Numbered from the stretch's first letter, positions 10,078 through 18,768 are shown. The stretch: 64,000 bases of DNA from Promethearchaeota archaeon (GCA_048939625.1 JBHLPH010000003.1:64001-128000), one strand, 5' to 3'. Numbers and translations are program-made. Notes: generated by a model not told the origin, from the letters alone.

Positions 10078-10185
10078 ATGAGGAAAAAACAACAAAATCT
10101 ACTTGTCGCAATCATCCTGATGATTCTCATCATTGGCAGTGTATTCATTGGCATCCTCCTACTAAGCCTTCCCTTCTTACCATGA
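10078..10185 (+). CDS. 35-aa single-TM microprotein (not in ORF track)
   Basis: ATG 11 nt after the Get3 stop; translation MRKKQQNLLVAIILMILIIGSVFIGILLLSLPFLP*. Confidence 0.6.
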   Translation: MRKKQQNLLVAIILMILIIGSVFIGILLLSLPFLP

Positions 10186-10199
10186 CCTGTAATGGAACT

Positions 10200-10218
10200 G
10201 AGCAAAATTTATTAAGCG
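10200..10218 (+). promoter_or_regulatory. Putative BRE/TATA promoter for rpo12
   Basis: Purine-rich run followed by TTTATTAA about 40-45 nt upstream of the start. Confidence 0.45.
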
Positions 10219-10254
10219 ATGAGAGATGCCGTCTAGCAGTTCACACTTTTCGAG

Positions 10255-10470
10255 GTGCTCAAAATAACATTTCGTTGCGCTAAATGTGGGAAAACACTTT
10301 CGTGTCCATATTGCCAGACTCCGGTTCCATCGATGCCACCTAGTAATAGATGTCCCCATTGTGGAAAGCCGTTTGCAACGACCTTACCTTCCAGTAAATG
10401 TCCATTCTGCGGAGCCCGGATTATGTATAAGGAGCGCCCCCAAATTATCAAGAAACTTACCGCAAGGTAA
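10255..10470 (+). CDS. rpoP: RNA polymerase subunit Rpo12 (RpoP) with inserted second zinc ribbon
   Basis: FRCAKCG...KCPFCGARIMYKERPQIIKKLTAR is the RpoP pattern; two extra CxxC pairs lie internally. Confidence 0.8.
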   Translation: MLKITFRCAKCGKTLSCPYCQTPVPSMPPSNRCPHCGKPFATTLPSSKCPFCGARIMYKERPQIIKKLTAR

Positions 10471-10593
10471 TCCTTACGGGAGAGTAACCCCACAATCAGT
10501 TCTTAATTTTGAACCGATTTCCCAAGTAACTCCGTAAGCTTTTATAGGGGTTACATTGGATATCCCTATCACCATAACTCTCTGAGGTAAATA

Positions 10594-10902
10594 ATGTCAG
10601 AAATTTGTCCTATTTGCAGTTTGCCTAAAGAAATTTGTCGCTGCCAAGAATTGGCGAAGACCGAGCAGCGAATTAAAGTAAGCGTTGAAAGACGAAAATG
10701 GGGACGAGAAGTCACCCTTATCGAAGGCATTAACAGCCGAGACATCTCACTATCTGAGCTAGTCACAAAACTCAAAATGAAATGTGCCTGCGGAGGTAGT
10801 GCAAAGGAAGGCATCATCGTCCTTCAGGGAGACCATCGCCATCATATCAAAAACATATTAGGCGATCTTGGATTCCCTGCTGACAACGTCGACATCGCTT
10901 AA
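10594..10902 (+). CDS. Translation initiation factor aIF1 (SUI1)
   Basis: CPICSLPKEIC, RRKWGREVTLIEG, LKMKCACGG, LQGDHR. Confidence 0.95.
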   Translation: MSEICPICSLPKEICRCQELAKTEQRIKVSVERRKWGREVTLIEGINSRDISLSELVTKLKMKCACGGSAKEGIIVLQGDHRHHIKNILGDLGFPADNVDIA

Positions 10903-11062
10903 TACTGCAAGTCTCTCTGCCAATCTTGATAAGATTCCAAGTTTGCCACTGGCAAACGAAAAAGAGAGGACCGTATAAACTGCGGTTTCTATCCTTCAAG
11001 GCTGAGAGGAAACCTTTTTGTGGAAGCACTCGTTTCAACCTTTCTCCGTGCCGGGGCACCGT

Positions 11063-11217
11063 GCCGGGATTATGCTGGTAATTCCTTACCGGCTCCCGAA
11101 GGTGTAAACTGGTATTTGCCCAGGCGCAATGGTAGCATTGAAGCCTGTGGAATCCCATTTGTCCAGGTGGGATGCAGAAAGCTTTAGGTCGGGGTTCGAA
11201 TCCCTGTCCCGGCACCA
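11063..11217 (+). tRNA. tRNA-His(GUG) with three introns: exons 11063-11070, 11101-11107, 11130-11150, 11180-11217; CCA encoded
   Basis: The spliced sequence GCCGGGA TG GTGT AATGGTA GCAT T GAAGC CTGTGGA GCTTT AGGT CGGGG TTCGAAT CCCTG TCCCGGC A CCA folds as a 74-nt cloverleaf. Each intron has a BHB-like junction. Confidence 0.9.
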
Positions 11218-11262
11218 TTTTTCAATCCAAAGGAGGATAATAGATAGAAATTCGAATACGAG

Positions 11263-12756
11263 TTGAAAAACATGAAACGTGGAAAAGAGCTAGCCGTAGG
11301 TGGGTTTCGCGACTACTACCCAGAGCTTTACCAGAAAATCGATGTAATATTGCGCGCCTTCCGTGAAATCCCTAAGCTCTTCGGATATATCGAATACGAA
11401 TGCCCAACGGTAGAACCTCTGGAATTATACGAATTGAAATCGGGACCTTCCCTCGTTGAAGAAACTTTCAAAGTAACTGATCGGAAGAAGCGACGACTTG
11501 TATTACGTCCAGAAACCACACCGTCGTTAGCGAGGATGCTTGCAGTTCAACAACAAAATTATCCACGTCCCATCCGATGGTTTTCCATTTCACGTGTATT
11601 TCGAGACGAAACTCTACAACGAGGACGCGTCAAGGAATTTTGGCAATTAAACGTTGACATACTGGGTACAGAGGACGTCTCCGCTGATGCAGAAGTGATT
11701 AATGTTCTTGCAGCCATCATTCTGAGCTTAAACTTCACACCTGAAGACTTTGTTATTCGAATTAATGATCGCCGGCTCATCCAGAGCTTCATCGAATCCC
11801 TAGGTCTGCCAAATTATGTTGAGATTATCCGAGTGTTAGATCGTCGTGAAAAACTCTTACAAGAAACTCTCATTACTAAACTTACAAAGGCGGGTACCCC
11901 ACCAAAAAAAGCGGAAGAAATCGCACTCAAACTCCGTCATTTCTTTGTTGGTAAGCAGAAAGATATACCCAAACTTCCTCGCACAAAGCAAATAGAAGAA
12001 TTGAAAAAACAGCTTCCACGTCTTCAACGCGACGCACTAATGAAAACCTTATCTGATGCAGGTGTCCCTCAAGATGCTGCCCAACAACTCACAGATTTCT
12101 CAGCTATTCGAGGAACCCCAAAGGAGTTTCTTCAAAGAATGAAAGAGGTCAAACTAGATGAAGCTACAAAGAAAGCCTTAGAACCCCTTAGACAGCTAGC
12201 AGAACAGTTCGAAGATTTAGGATTAACGGAAGTCTGCGAATTCGATGCCGGAATTGCCCGGGGCCTTGATTACTATACAGGAATCGTCTTTGAAGCTTGG
12301 GATCGAAGTAGTGAATTACCTCGTGCAATTGCAGGAGGAGGTCGTTATGATGACCTTGTTGGCATTTTTGAGGGACAGCGCTTGCCAGGTACTGGATTTG
12401 GTTTTGGTGAGACTGTTATCATGGAGCTTGCTGAGGAAATGGGCATACTCTCACCACCTCCTCCACCAGCAGAAGTTTATCTCGCTCCTGTCTCCAAAAA
12501 GCAACTAAGCGTTTGTCGAGAAATTGCCACACAGCTTCGAGCAGCAGGAATCCGAACCATTTTCAATGGTTTCTCATGGTCCTTGTCTAAGCGTCTCGAT
12601 GATGCCAGTAAAAGACAGGTACCACTCGCCGCAATTGTCGGACCGCGCGAGCTTGAGCAAAAATCAGTAAATGTCCGAAATATGAAAAGCGGGAAAGAGA
12701 AAATTGTGAAAATAAGTGCCCTTGCAGACTATGTTAAAAGTACTCTGGATTCCTAA
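11263..12756 (+). CDS. hisS: Histidine--tRNA ligase with enlarged insertion domain
   Basis: GFRDYYP, LRPETT, FRDE..QRGR..EFWQ, RGLDYYTG, AGGGRYD, C-terminal anticodon-binding domain. Confidence 0.96.
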   Translation: MKNMKRGKELAVGGFRDYYPELYQKIDVILRAFREIPKLFGYIEYECPTVEPLELYELKSGPSLVEETFKVTDRKKRRLVLRPETTPSLARMLAVQQQNYPRPIRWFSISRVFRDETLQRGRVKEFWQLNVDILGTEDVSADAEVINVLAAIILSLNFTPEDFVIRINDRRLIQSFIESLGLPNYVEIIRVLDRREKLLQETLITKLTKAGTPPKKAEEIALKLRHFFVGKQKDIPKLPRTKQIEELKKQLPRLQRDALMKTLSDAGVPQDAAQQLTDFSAIRGTPKEFLQRMKEVKLDEATKKALEPLRQLAEQFEDLGLTEVCEFDAGIARGLDYYTGIVFEAWDRSSELPRAIAGGGRYDDLVGIFEGQRLPGTGFGFGETVIMELAEEMGILSPPPPPAEVYLAPVSKKQLSVCREIATQLRAAGIRTIFNGFSWSLSKRLDDASKRQVPLAAIVGPRELEQKSVNVRNMKSGKEKIVKISALADYVKSTLDS

Positions 12757-12855
12757 ATTCAAGCCGGATTATAGAACCCCTTTCGCATTGCTTTTTTTGT
12801 TAATGAAGAGAAGTCCTTTAATATTATTAGGATATTTTATCCTACGAGGAAGCAG

Positions 12856-13377
12856 GTGATGAAAAGCCATCTCATCATTGGACTTATGATGTTGTCAGCT
12901 CTTGGCATATTGATTACACCCCCTATTTCCTATAACCGCTCAGCCGCGACCATTATCCATGGATGTCTTGCTGCTGATATCGAGTTGACAATCGATTATG
13001 GCAATACAACACAACAGGTATTTTCTAACCAAATTGGAGTTACGGTTTTTGATATCCTGAACCAGACTAGTATCGTCACCTTTACCCAATACGCCTATGG
13101 TAAATTCATCACGTCGATTAACGGCGTTGAAAACAATGCTAATAATAATGGACGGTACTGGCAATATTGGGTCAATGACGAACTAGCACCAGTTGCAGCA
13201 GACAACTATCTTCTCACAGATGGCGATCAAGTCTTATGGAAATACTTAGCCTCAGAAACAACCCCCACAACCCCTCCGGTTCCTGGTCCTGAACTCTTAC
13301 TTGGCCTTGGATTAATTGTTCTTATCGGCGTTGTTACGGTTGTTGCAGCCTCAATTATCTATCTAAAGATTCGGTGA
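12856..13377 (+). CDS. Membrane-anchored DUF4430 (transcobalamin C-terminal-like) protein
   Basis: Signal peptide, GKFITSING...YWQYWVN...AADNYLL.DGD.V.W, Pro/Thr linker, C-terminal TM. Confidence 0.75.
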   Translation: MMKSHLIIGLMMLSALGILITPPISYNRSAATIIHGCLAADIELTIDYGNTTQQVFSNQIGVTVFDILNQTSIVTFTQYAYGKFITSINGVENNANNNGRYWQYWVNDELAPVAADNYLLTDGDQVLWKYLASETTPTTPPVPGPELLLGLGLIVLIGVVTVVAASIIYLKIR

Positions 13378-13386
13378 ACCCTTTCT

Positions 13387-14109
13387 ATGAGAGCAAAAAC
13401 ATCCATCGGAATCTGTTTCATCTTGTCCTTAACAGTAATTCTATTGTGGGTTCAGCCCACAATGGCACAGAACCTATCGTATGCACCAGGGTTATATCCG
13501 ACAGCTCTACATACGCATAAACTTCATTGGCGCATTAACAACGTTACCAATGCTGCCGTTGAATATGGATTTGGTTCAGGCACTTTCTGGCAAGCAGAAG
13601 CGGGCCAAACAATTAGCTTTGAAATCCAAGAAATCGTCAATGATGAATTACACGGCCTATTTACAATCGGGAACCTAACGATACCCGCAAATGATTCACG
13701 AATCGCGGCAGAAATCGTTTTCAGTATTTGGCCCTGGTTCCCGGGTCTAGTATCCCATCTTGACTGGAGTTCAGTTGATCAGTCAGCCACAGAAGTGGCA
13801 GCCAGCTTTTATATGAATGGGAGTTTAGAGATCGAGACTAAATCAACAACTAAAACTTATGAATATCACCAAGGACCTTGGGGAAACCAAAATACAACTC
13901 TTACCTACGATTTGGGAACAGGAATTTTACTTTCAGCTTATACGGAGTTCTTTTTCCTTAATGATTATCATTTAGGCATCGATTTCCTCTTAATTACTCA
14001 AAACCCCACAAACCTAGCGACCCTTCTCTTCGTGGCAATTTTAGTTGTCGTTCTCATCATAGTAATCGCTAGCCTCGCCATTACAAGAGTGCGAACCAAA
14101 AAGGAGTGA
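13387..14109 (+). CDS. Secreted protein with C-terminal membrane anchor, unknown function
   Basis: Signal peptide, N-glycosylation sequons, C-terminal TM and basic tail. Confidence 0.75.
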   Translation: MRAKTSIGICFILSLTVILLWVQPTMAQNLSYAPGLYPTALHTHKLHWRINNVTNAAVEYGFGSGTFWQAEAGQTISFEIQEIVNDELHGLFTIGNLTIPANDSRIAAEIVFSIWPWFPGLVSHLDWSSVDQSATEVAASFYMNGSLEIETKSTTKTYEYHQGPWGNQNTTLTYDLGTGILLSAYTEFFFLNDYHLGIDFLLITQNPTNLATLLFVAILVVVLIIVIASLAITRVRTKKE

Positions 14110-14732
14110 TTTACGTGAAAGAAAATGGAGGAGAGCCCCTATCCTCGGACAAAACCATAGCAATCCGAGTAGCCCTAATTGCGATTTTTGCCGCCTTAGC
14201 AATAGGTGGCAATTACGCGCTAAGCGCTATTCCCAATGTGGAACTATCTTCTGTGATGGTATTTATCAGTGGATTCCTCTTTGGACCTGTAATCGGTTCG
14301 CTTGTTGGATTTATTGCCATGGTCATATACCAAGTCTGGAATCCATGGGGAGCCTTCATCCCGCCCATTGGACTAGCTGTAATTGGATGTACCATTTTCT
14401 TCGGGATTGTTGGAGGAATCCTAGGAAAAGCCCTCCAAAGACTCGATTATTCAGATTGGCGATGGTTTCTTCTGCCAGCCCTATTTGGTGTCCTCCTGAC
14501 GTTGCTTTATGATTTAGTAACCAATTTCGTATATAGTTTCAGCTTCGGAGTCCCGTTCATCATTGCACTTATTACAGGATTTCCCTACCTTTTGGTTCAT
14601 GTCATTAGCAATGGACTTTTGTTTGGATTACTTACTCAACCAGTCACACAAGCAATTGATCATCTTCAACTGTCATATTTACAATCTTCAAATCATAAAA
14701 TAGCATCCAAGAAAGAAAAGCTATCCAAATGA
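14106..14732 (+). CDS. ECF transporter S component (possibly cobalamin, CbrT-like)
   Basis: ALIAIFAALA..., IPNVE, GFLFGP motifs; about 5-6 TM; DUF4430 neighbour. Confidence 0.8.
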   Translation: MIYVKENGGEPLSSDKTIAIRVALIAIFAALAIGGNYALSAIPNVELSSVMVFISGFLFGPVIGSLVGFIAMVIYQVWNPWGAFIPPIGLAVIGCTIFFGIVGGILGKALQRLDYSDWRWFLLPALFGVLLTLLYDLVTNFVYSFSFGVPFIIALITGFPYLLVHVISNGLLFGLLTQPVTQAIDHLQLSYLQSSNHKIASKKEKLSK

Positions 14733-14756
14733 TTTGCTAGAAGGATGAAACGCTGA

Positions 14757-15383
14757 ATGAAGCTTACTCAAATTCTAAACACTGACATCCGTCACGGACA
14801 TCCTAAGCAGTTTCATCCATGGCACCTTCTCGCAGCGTTCTACACCTTTTGTCAAAGCACTTCTCCTATCGGTCGGTACCAACTGGGTTCGAACCTTGGG
14901 CTAGGTGATGGAAGTATTCGCTCCCTTATTCGATTTCTACGAAACCAAGGACTCATTAACCCAGTAAAGCGGCAAGGTCACCGACTATCCCCTGATGGTG
15001 AACATTACTGCCAAAAGCTAACTCAAATTCTGATTAAATTCGTTGAACTTCCAGAGAATGAGTATACTATTGATGTGTTCAACTATGGTTGTCACCTACG
15101 ACAACTGGCTCCCTTTGTCACAGATGGTGTGCTCCAGCGAGATGCTGCCATGCGAGCTGGGGCAAGTGGTGCTACGACCTTCATCCAGGATTCAGAACTC
15201 AACACCTTAATCATGGCAAAGGACCATCGAATAGACAAAAACGATCTTAAGATAGTGCTTGAACAATTCGATATCGGAATTGGTGACGTATTAGTCATCG
15301 GATCAGGGACAAATTTTATTTCTGCACAACTTGGTGCATTTGCAGCATCGTTAACGCTACTTAAGAAGCGGGATGAATCCTAA
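14757..15383 (+). CDS. Archaeal winged-helix protein (DUF2111/DUF4443-like)
   Basis: PIGRYQLGSNLGLGDGSIRSL HTH; GVLQRDAAMRAGASGATT motif. Confidence 0.65.
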   Translation: MKLTQILNTDIRHGHPKQFHPWHLLAAFYTFCQSTSPIGRYQLGSNLGLGDGSIRSLIRFLRNQGLINPVKRQGHRLSPDGEHYCQKLTQILIKFVELPENEYTIDVFNYGCHLRQLAPFVTDGVLQRDAAMRAGASGATTFIQDSELNTLIMAKDHRIDKNDLKIVLEQFDIGIGDVLVIGSGTNFISAQLGAFAASLTLLKKRDES

Positions 15384-15934
15384 GAGGTTCGGTTTAGAAT
15401 GGTTCTAGCAAGTTCGGAGAAAGCAAAATCAACATTCGTATCTTCTTTTGCACTTGTTTCAACAAAGACCATCGAGTACTCCTCAGCCTTTTTTCTACCC
15501 TCTGCAGCCGACACTTTTGCATCAAGATCTGACTTATTGGCAATAAGAACCAGCGGAACATCTCCGCACCCACGTTTGACTTCATTCAACCAATAATCAA
15601 CCCGTTCGAAAGAATCTGGATTCGTCCGATCATATACAAGCAGAACCCCCTTTGCCCCACGATAATACAACTGACGAATTGGACCAAATCGTTCTTGCCC
15701 GCCCGTGTCCCATGCTTGTAATCGCAGGACATTCTCTCCTACAACAATATCTTTTACATGAAATGCCACACCAATTGTTAAAATATACGTTGGATTAAAT
15801 ATATTTTTTACATATCTAACAAGTAGGCTAGTCTTTCCGACAGCTGCGTCTCCGACTACGACAGCTTTAGCGATGTGGGTGTAAGGGCGCCTTGCGGTGA
15901 TTGGTTGGGTGGTGCTTTCGGTGGGATTACTCAT
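15380..15934 (-). CDS. Rab-like small GTPase
   Basis: GDAAVGKT, TIGVAF, LQAWDTGGQERF, YYRGA, NKSD, ETSAK. Confidence 0.93.
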   Translation of the reverse strand: MSNPTESTTQPITARRPYTHIAKAVVVGDAAVGKTSLLVRYVKNIFNPTYILTIGVAFHVKDIVVGENVLRLQAWDTGGQERFGPIRQLYYRGAKGVLLVYDRTNPDSFERVDYWLNEVKRGCGDVPLVLIANKSDLDAKVSAAEGRKKAEEYSMVFVETSAKEDTNVDFAFSELARTILNRTS

Positions 15935-16752
15935 AGGATTTCCATCACAATTTTTTCGGTTAAAGAGTAGGTTTTGAGGCGGGTTTCTTCCGTTCGAATA
16001 AGAGGGCTTATATGCTCGAAGACGAGGGACTGGTAGGTTTGCTTGGGCATTGTTTTGCGGGTAAGTAGTATTAATTCATGGAAGATTTGAAAAAGAACAT
16101 TTCGGAATTTTTGGTATTTTATTTGTTGGGGGTCGATGGATTCGTAGATAACCACGCCTGTTTCGTCGATTTGGATACCAACTAATTCCGGGATTTTTTC
16201 CATGTTTGTTTTAAAGATTTTTTCGATTTCTTTCTTGTATGTGCGACGTGAGATTTCTGTGAGAAATTGTTGGAGAATACTGTTGTAAAAGCGGGTAAAG
16301 ATTTCAAAGATGTCCATGACCTTTGCTGCCGTAATTGTGGTTTCACCCATCCACCAAGTGAGAACGAGATCGTCGATAAAGCCATCAAAACTTTTGAAGA
16401 GATTTGTATCAGTGGTTCCATCTTCATGAAGCTCTTCAAGCTGTTTTTGATACATCTGCACGAATTTCTTATTAAGAAGCCCAAGGTATTTCCTAAATCG
16501 GGCAGGGCTTTCGCTGACATCGGTAATGAAGACCAGTAGTAGACTGTTTGTTTCGTCGATTTGGAAGAAGAATCGGCGGTCTTTCATGTTTACGACGTTG
16601 ACATGTTGAGCGGCGACTTGCTGCGCCATGTGCTCCATGCTTGCAAGGAATCCTGAAAGGAGTGCGCTGTCGACATCGGATTGAGACCACTTCCTACTAT
16701 AGAGTGGAAAGCCTTCACGTAATCCGATGACGTAGAAACTGTGTACCGTCAA
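15931..16752 (-). CDS. Longin-like N-terminal domain protein with helical C-terminal domain
   Basis: FYVI..GFPLYSR..D..LLSGFLASM..beta hairpins..helix pattern typical of longin folds; overlaps the Rab gene start. Confidence 0.6.
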   Translation of the reverse strand: MTVHSFYVIGLREGFPLYSRKWSQSDVDSALLSGFLASMEHMAQQVAAQHVNVVNMKDRRFFFQIDETNSLLLVFITDVSESPARFRKYLGLLNKKFVQMYQKQLEELHEDGTTDTNLFKSFDGFIDDLVLTWWMGETTITAAKVMDIFEIFTRFYNSILQQFLTEISRRTYKKEIEKIFKTNMEKIPELVGIQIDETGVVIYESIDPQQIKYQKFRNVLFQIFHELILLTRKTMPKQTYQSLVFEHISPLIRTEETRLKTYSLTEKIVMEIL

Positions 16753-16908
16753 TACAAAAGTACCCTCTTAACAGCCCAACCTGTCTGAACAGATTCAAGT
16801 TTCCTCCTCGCACCACGTTACTAAAATATTGTGTTCAACAGCGATTTGAGACAGTTTCTTCTTGGATATTTGTAGCTGGGTAAAGCTGAATAAGACAGAC
16901 GCATCAGT

Positions 16909-18687
16909 TTGTTCGGGTTAGGTCTGATGTCTTCACAACCAATTGAAACACTTGAGTTTTCCCAAATTTCTCGTCAGCAACAGCTTGAGCGACTCAAGGA
17001 AAGAACTTGGGATATCATTGTAATTGGGGGAGGAATTAATGGTGCTGGGGTCGCATTCGAGGCTAGTCAACGAGGCTTGACCGTTGCCGTGTTAGAACAA
17101 AATGACTTCGGATTCGGGACATCCAGTCGATCTACAAAGCTTGTACATGGTGGTTTTCGTTACATCGCCCAGCTGGAGTTTGGGCTGGTACGAGAAGCAG
17201 CGACTGAAAGGAATTGGCTTCGAGAAAAGGGATTACCTCACCTCACACGCCCAACACGATTTCTTTACCCCATCCTCTCGGCGGATGAGAACGATGAACG
17301 CGAACTTCCGAAAAGCTGGAGTTACCGAGCTGTTCGGCTTGGTGCGTTTTTGTATGATTTAATAACTTGGTTTAAAAGTTTCAAAGGCGCCAAGGGGATT
17401 AAGAATGTGGAAAAAATCCAAGCTCTTGAACCACTACTCGAGGCGTCTCGTCTTAAAGGAGCCGTTACGTGGTATGATTCGAATATTGATGATGGACGAT
17501 TAGTCATTGAAACTTTCAAACAAGCAGTTTGGACGAATAACGCGTTACCCCTGAATTATGTTCAAGTTGTTGGATTCACTCACGATTCCAGCGGTCTAGT
17601 AAATGGTGTAGAAGCCATTGATGTTCATAGACCAAAGTCGATGAAATTTCAAGTACGAGGAAAAGTTGTCATCAATACAACAGGTGTATGGGCTGACCAG
17701 ATTCTATCCCTAAATTCTGACGAAGCTGAGAAAATAATACGACCAACGAAAGGTGTCCACTTAGCGTATCATAGAAAGGATTTCCCTATCAACGATAGCG
17801 TCGCAACAAATTCCATTGATGATCGCCGATTCTTCTTTGCCATTCGACGGAATGAGTGGGTACTTGTTGGCACAACAGACACCGATTTTGCAGGGGACCC
17901 AGCAGAGGTGTACTGCACTCGTGAGGATGCTGATTACCTCCGACGAACTATCAGAATTCTGTTTCCAAAGGCAAAAATTGATGATCATAATATCCATGGA
18001 AGTTACGCAGGACTGCGACCATTAGTCACAGAGACTGGAAAAGCGGAAAGTGACGTTTCCCGGAAACACACTGTGTTAGAACGAAAAGATGGCTTGTACA
18101 GTCTCCTTGGAGGGAAACTCACCACCTTCCGTAAAATGGCAGAGGACCTCTTGTTAAACCATGTGCGAAAAGCGCATATAAAGCATAACTTACCGAAATT
18201 CCTAGGAAAGAAAAACCTCACAAAAATTGCTTATGCCATATCACTCTCAGAAAGCGATTGGAACTCATTGCCGGAAGTACAGAAATCAACACTTTCACCT
18301 TTCATTCTTAGACATCTCTATCAACAATATGGTCGGGGTGGTAAAACAATCCTCCAATTAATCGAGAGCCAACCCGAATTAGCAGCCCGGATATTAGATG
18401 TGTCGGAATATCCCGTCGAAGTGGCACCTTGGATTGAAGCCGAAATCGATTACATACTACGCCATGAAGCTCCACTCCGCATCGAGGACGTGCTTTGCAG
18501 GCGCATGGAAATTAGCTGGTTGGTTCGTCCAGAATTTCAAGCACAAATCGCTGAGAAGGTCGCGAATAGTATGGAAAGAATTCTTGGGTGGTCTCCCCAA
18601 ACCAAAAGAGAGGAAATTGCCAACTATTTGGAGATCATCCGGAAGAACTGCTTCTTTTATGAAGGGAAGATACCAGTTCCACGATAG
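16909..18687 (+). CDS. glpD: FAD-dependent glycerol-3-phosphate dehydrogenase/oxidase (probable start ATG 16927)
   Basis: GGGING, GTSSRSTKLVHGGFRY, PTKGVH, GTTDT, AGLRPL, GGKLTTFR. Confidence 0.92.
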   Translation: MFGLGLMSSQPIETLEFSQISRQQQLERLKERTWDIIVIGGGINGAGVAFEASQRGLTVAVLEQNDFGFGTSSRSTKLVHGGFRYIAQLEFGLVREAATERNWLREKGLPHLTRPTRFLYPILSADENDERELPKSWSYRAVRLGAFLYDLITWFKSFKGAKGIKNVEKIQALEPLLEASRLKGAVTWYDSNIDDGRLVIETFKQAVWTNNALPLNYVQVVGFTHDSSGLVNGVEAIDVHRPKSMKFQVRGKVVINTTGVWADQILSLNSDEAEKIIRPTKGVHLAYHRKDFPINDSVATNSIDDRRFFFAIRRNEWVLVGTTDTDFAGDPAEVYCTREDADYLRRTIRILFPKAKIDDHNIHGSYAGLRPLVTETGKAESDVSRKHTVLERKDGLYSLLGGKLTTFRKMAEDLLLNHVRKAHIKHNLPKFLGKKNLTKIAYAISLSESDWNSLPEVQKSTLSPFILRHLYQQYGRGGKTILQLIESQPELAARILDVSEYPVEVAPWIEAEIDYILRHEAPLRIEDVLCRRMEISWLVRPEFQAQIAEKVANSMERILGWSPQTKREEIANYLEIIRKNCFFYEGKIPVPR

Positions 18688-18768
18688 CATAATATCCAGG
18701 AACACAATTTTCGAAACCCCACAACTTTTTGAGGATAAGACGAGGACCTAGACAAGGGCATCATAAAT

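Noticed and set aside
11046-11068. Direct repeat CCGTGCCGGG in the tRNA leader, considered as a fourth intron or an integration (att) scar
   Set aside because: No BHB geometry could be built, the cloverleaf is complete without it, and no integrase is nearby.
10847-11218. 123-aa minus-strand ORF
   Set aside because: It is the antisense shadow of the tRNA-His gene (starts at the complement of CCA) and has no protein features.
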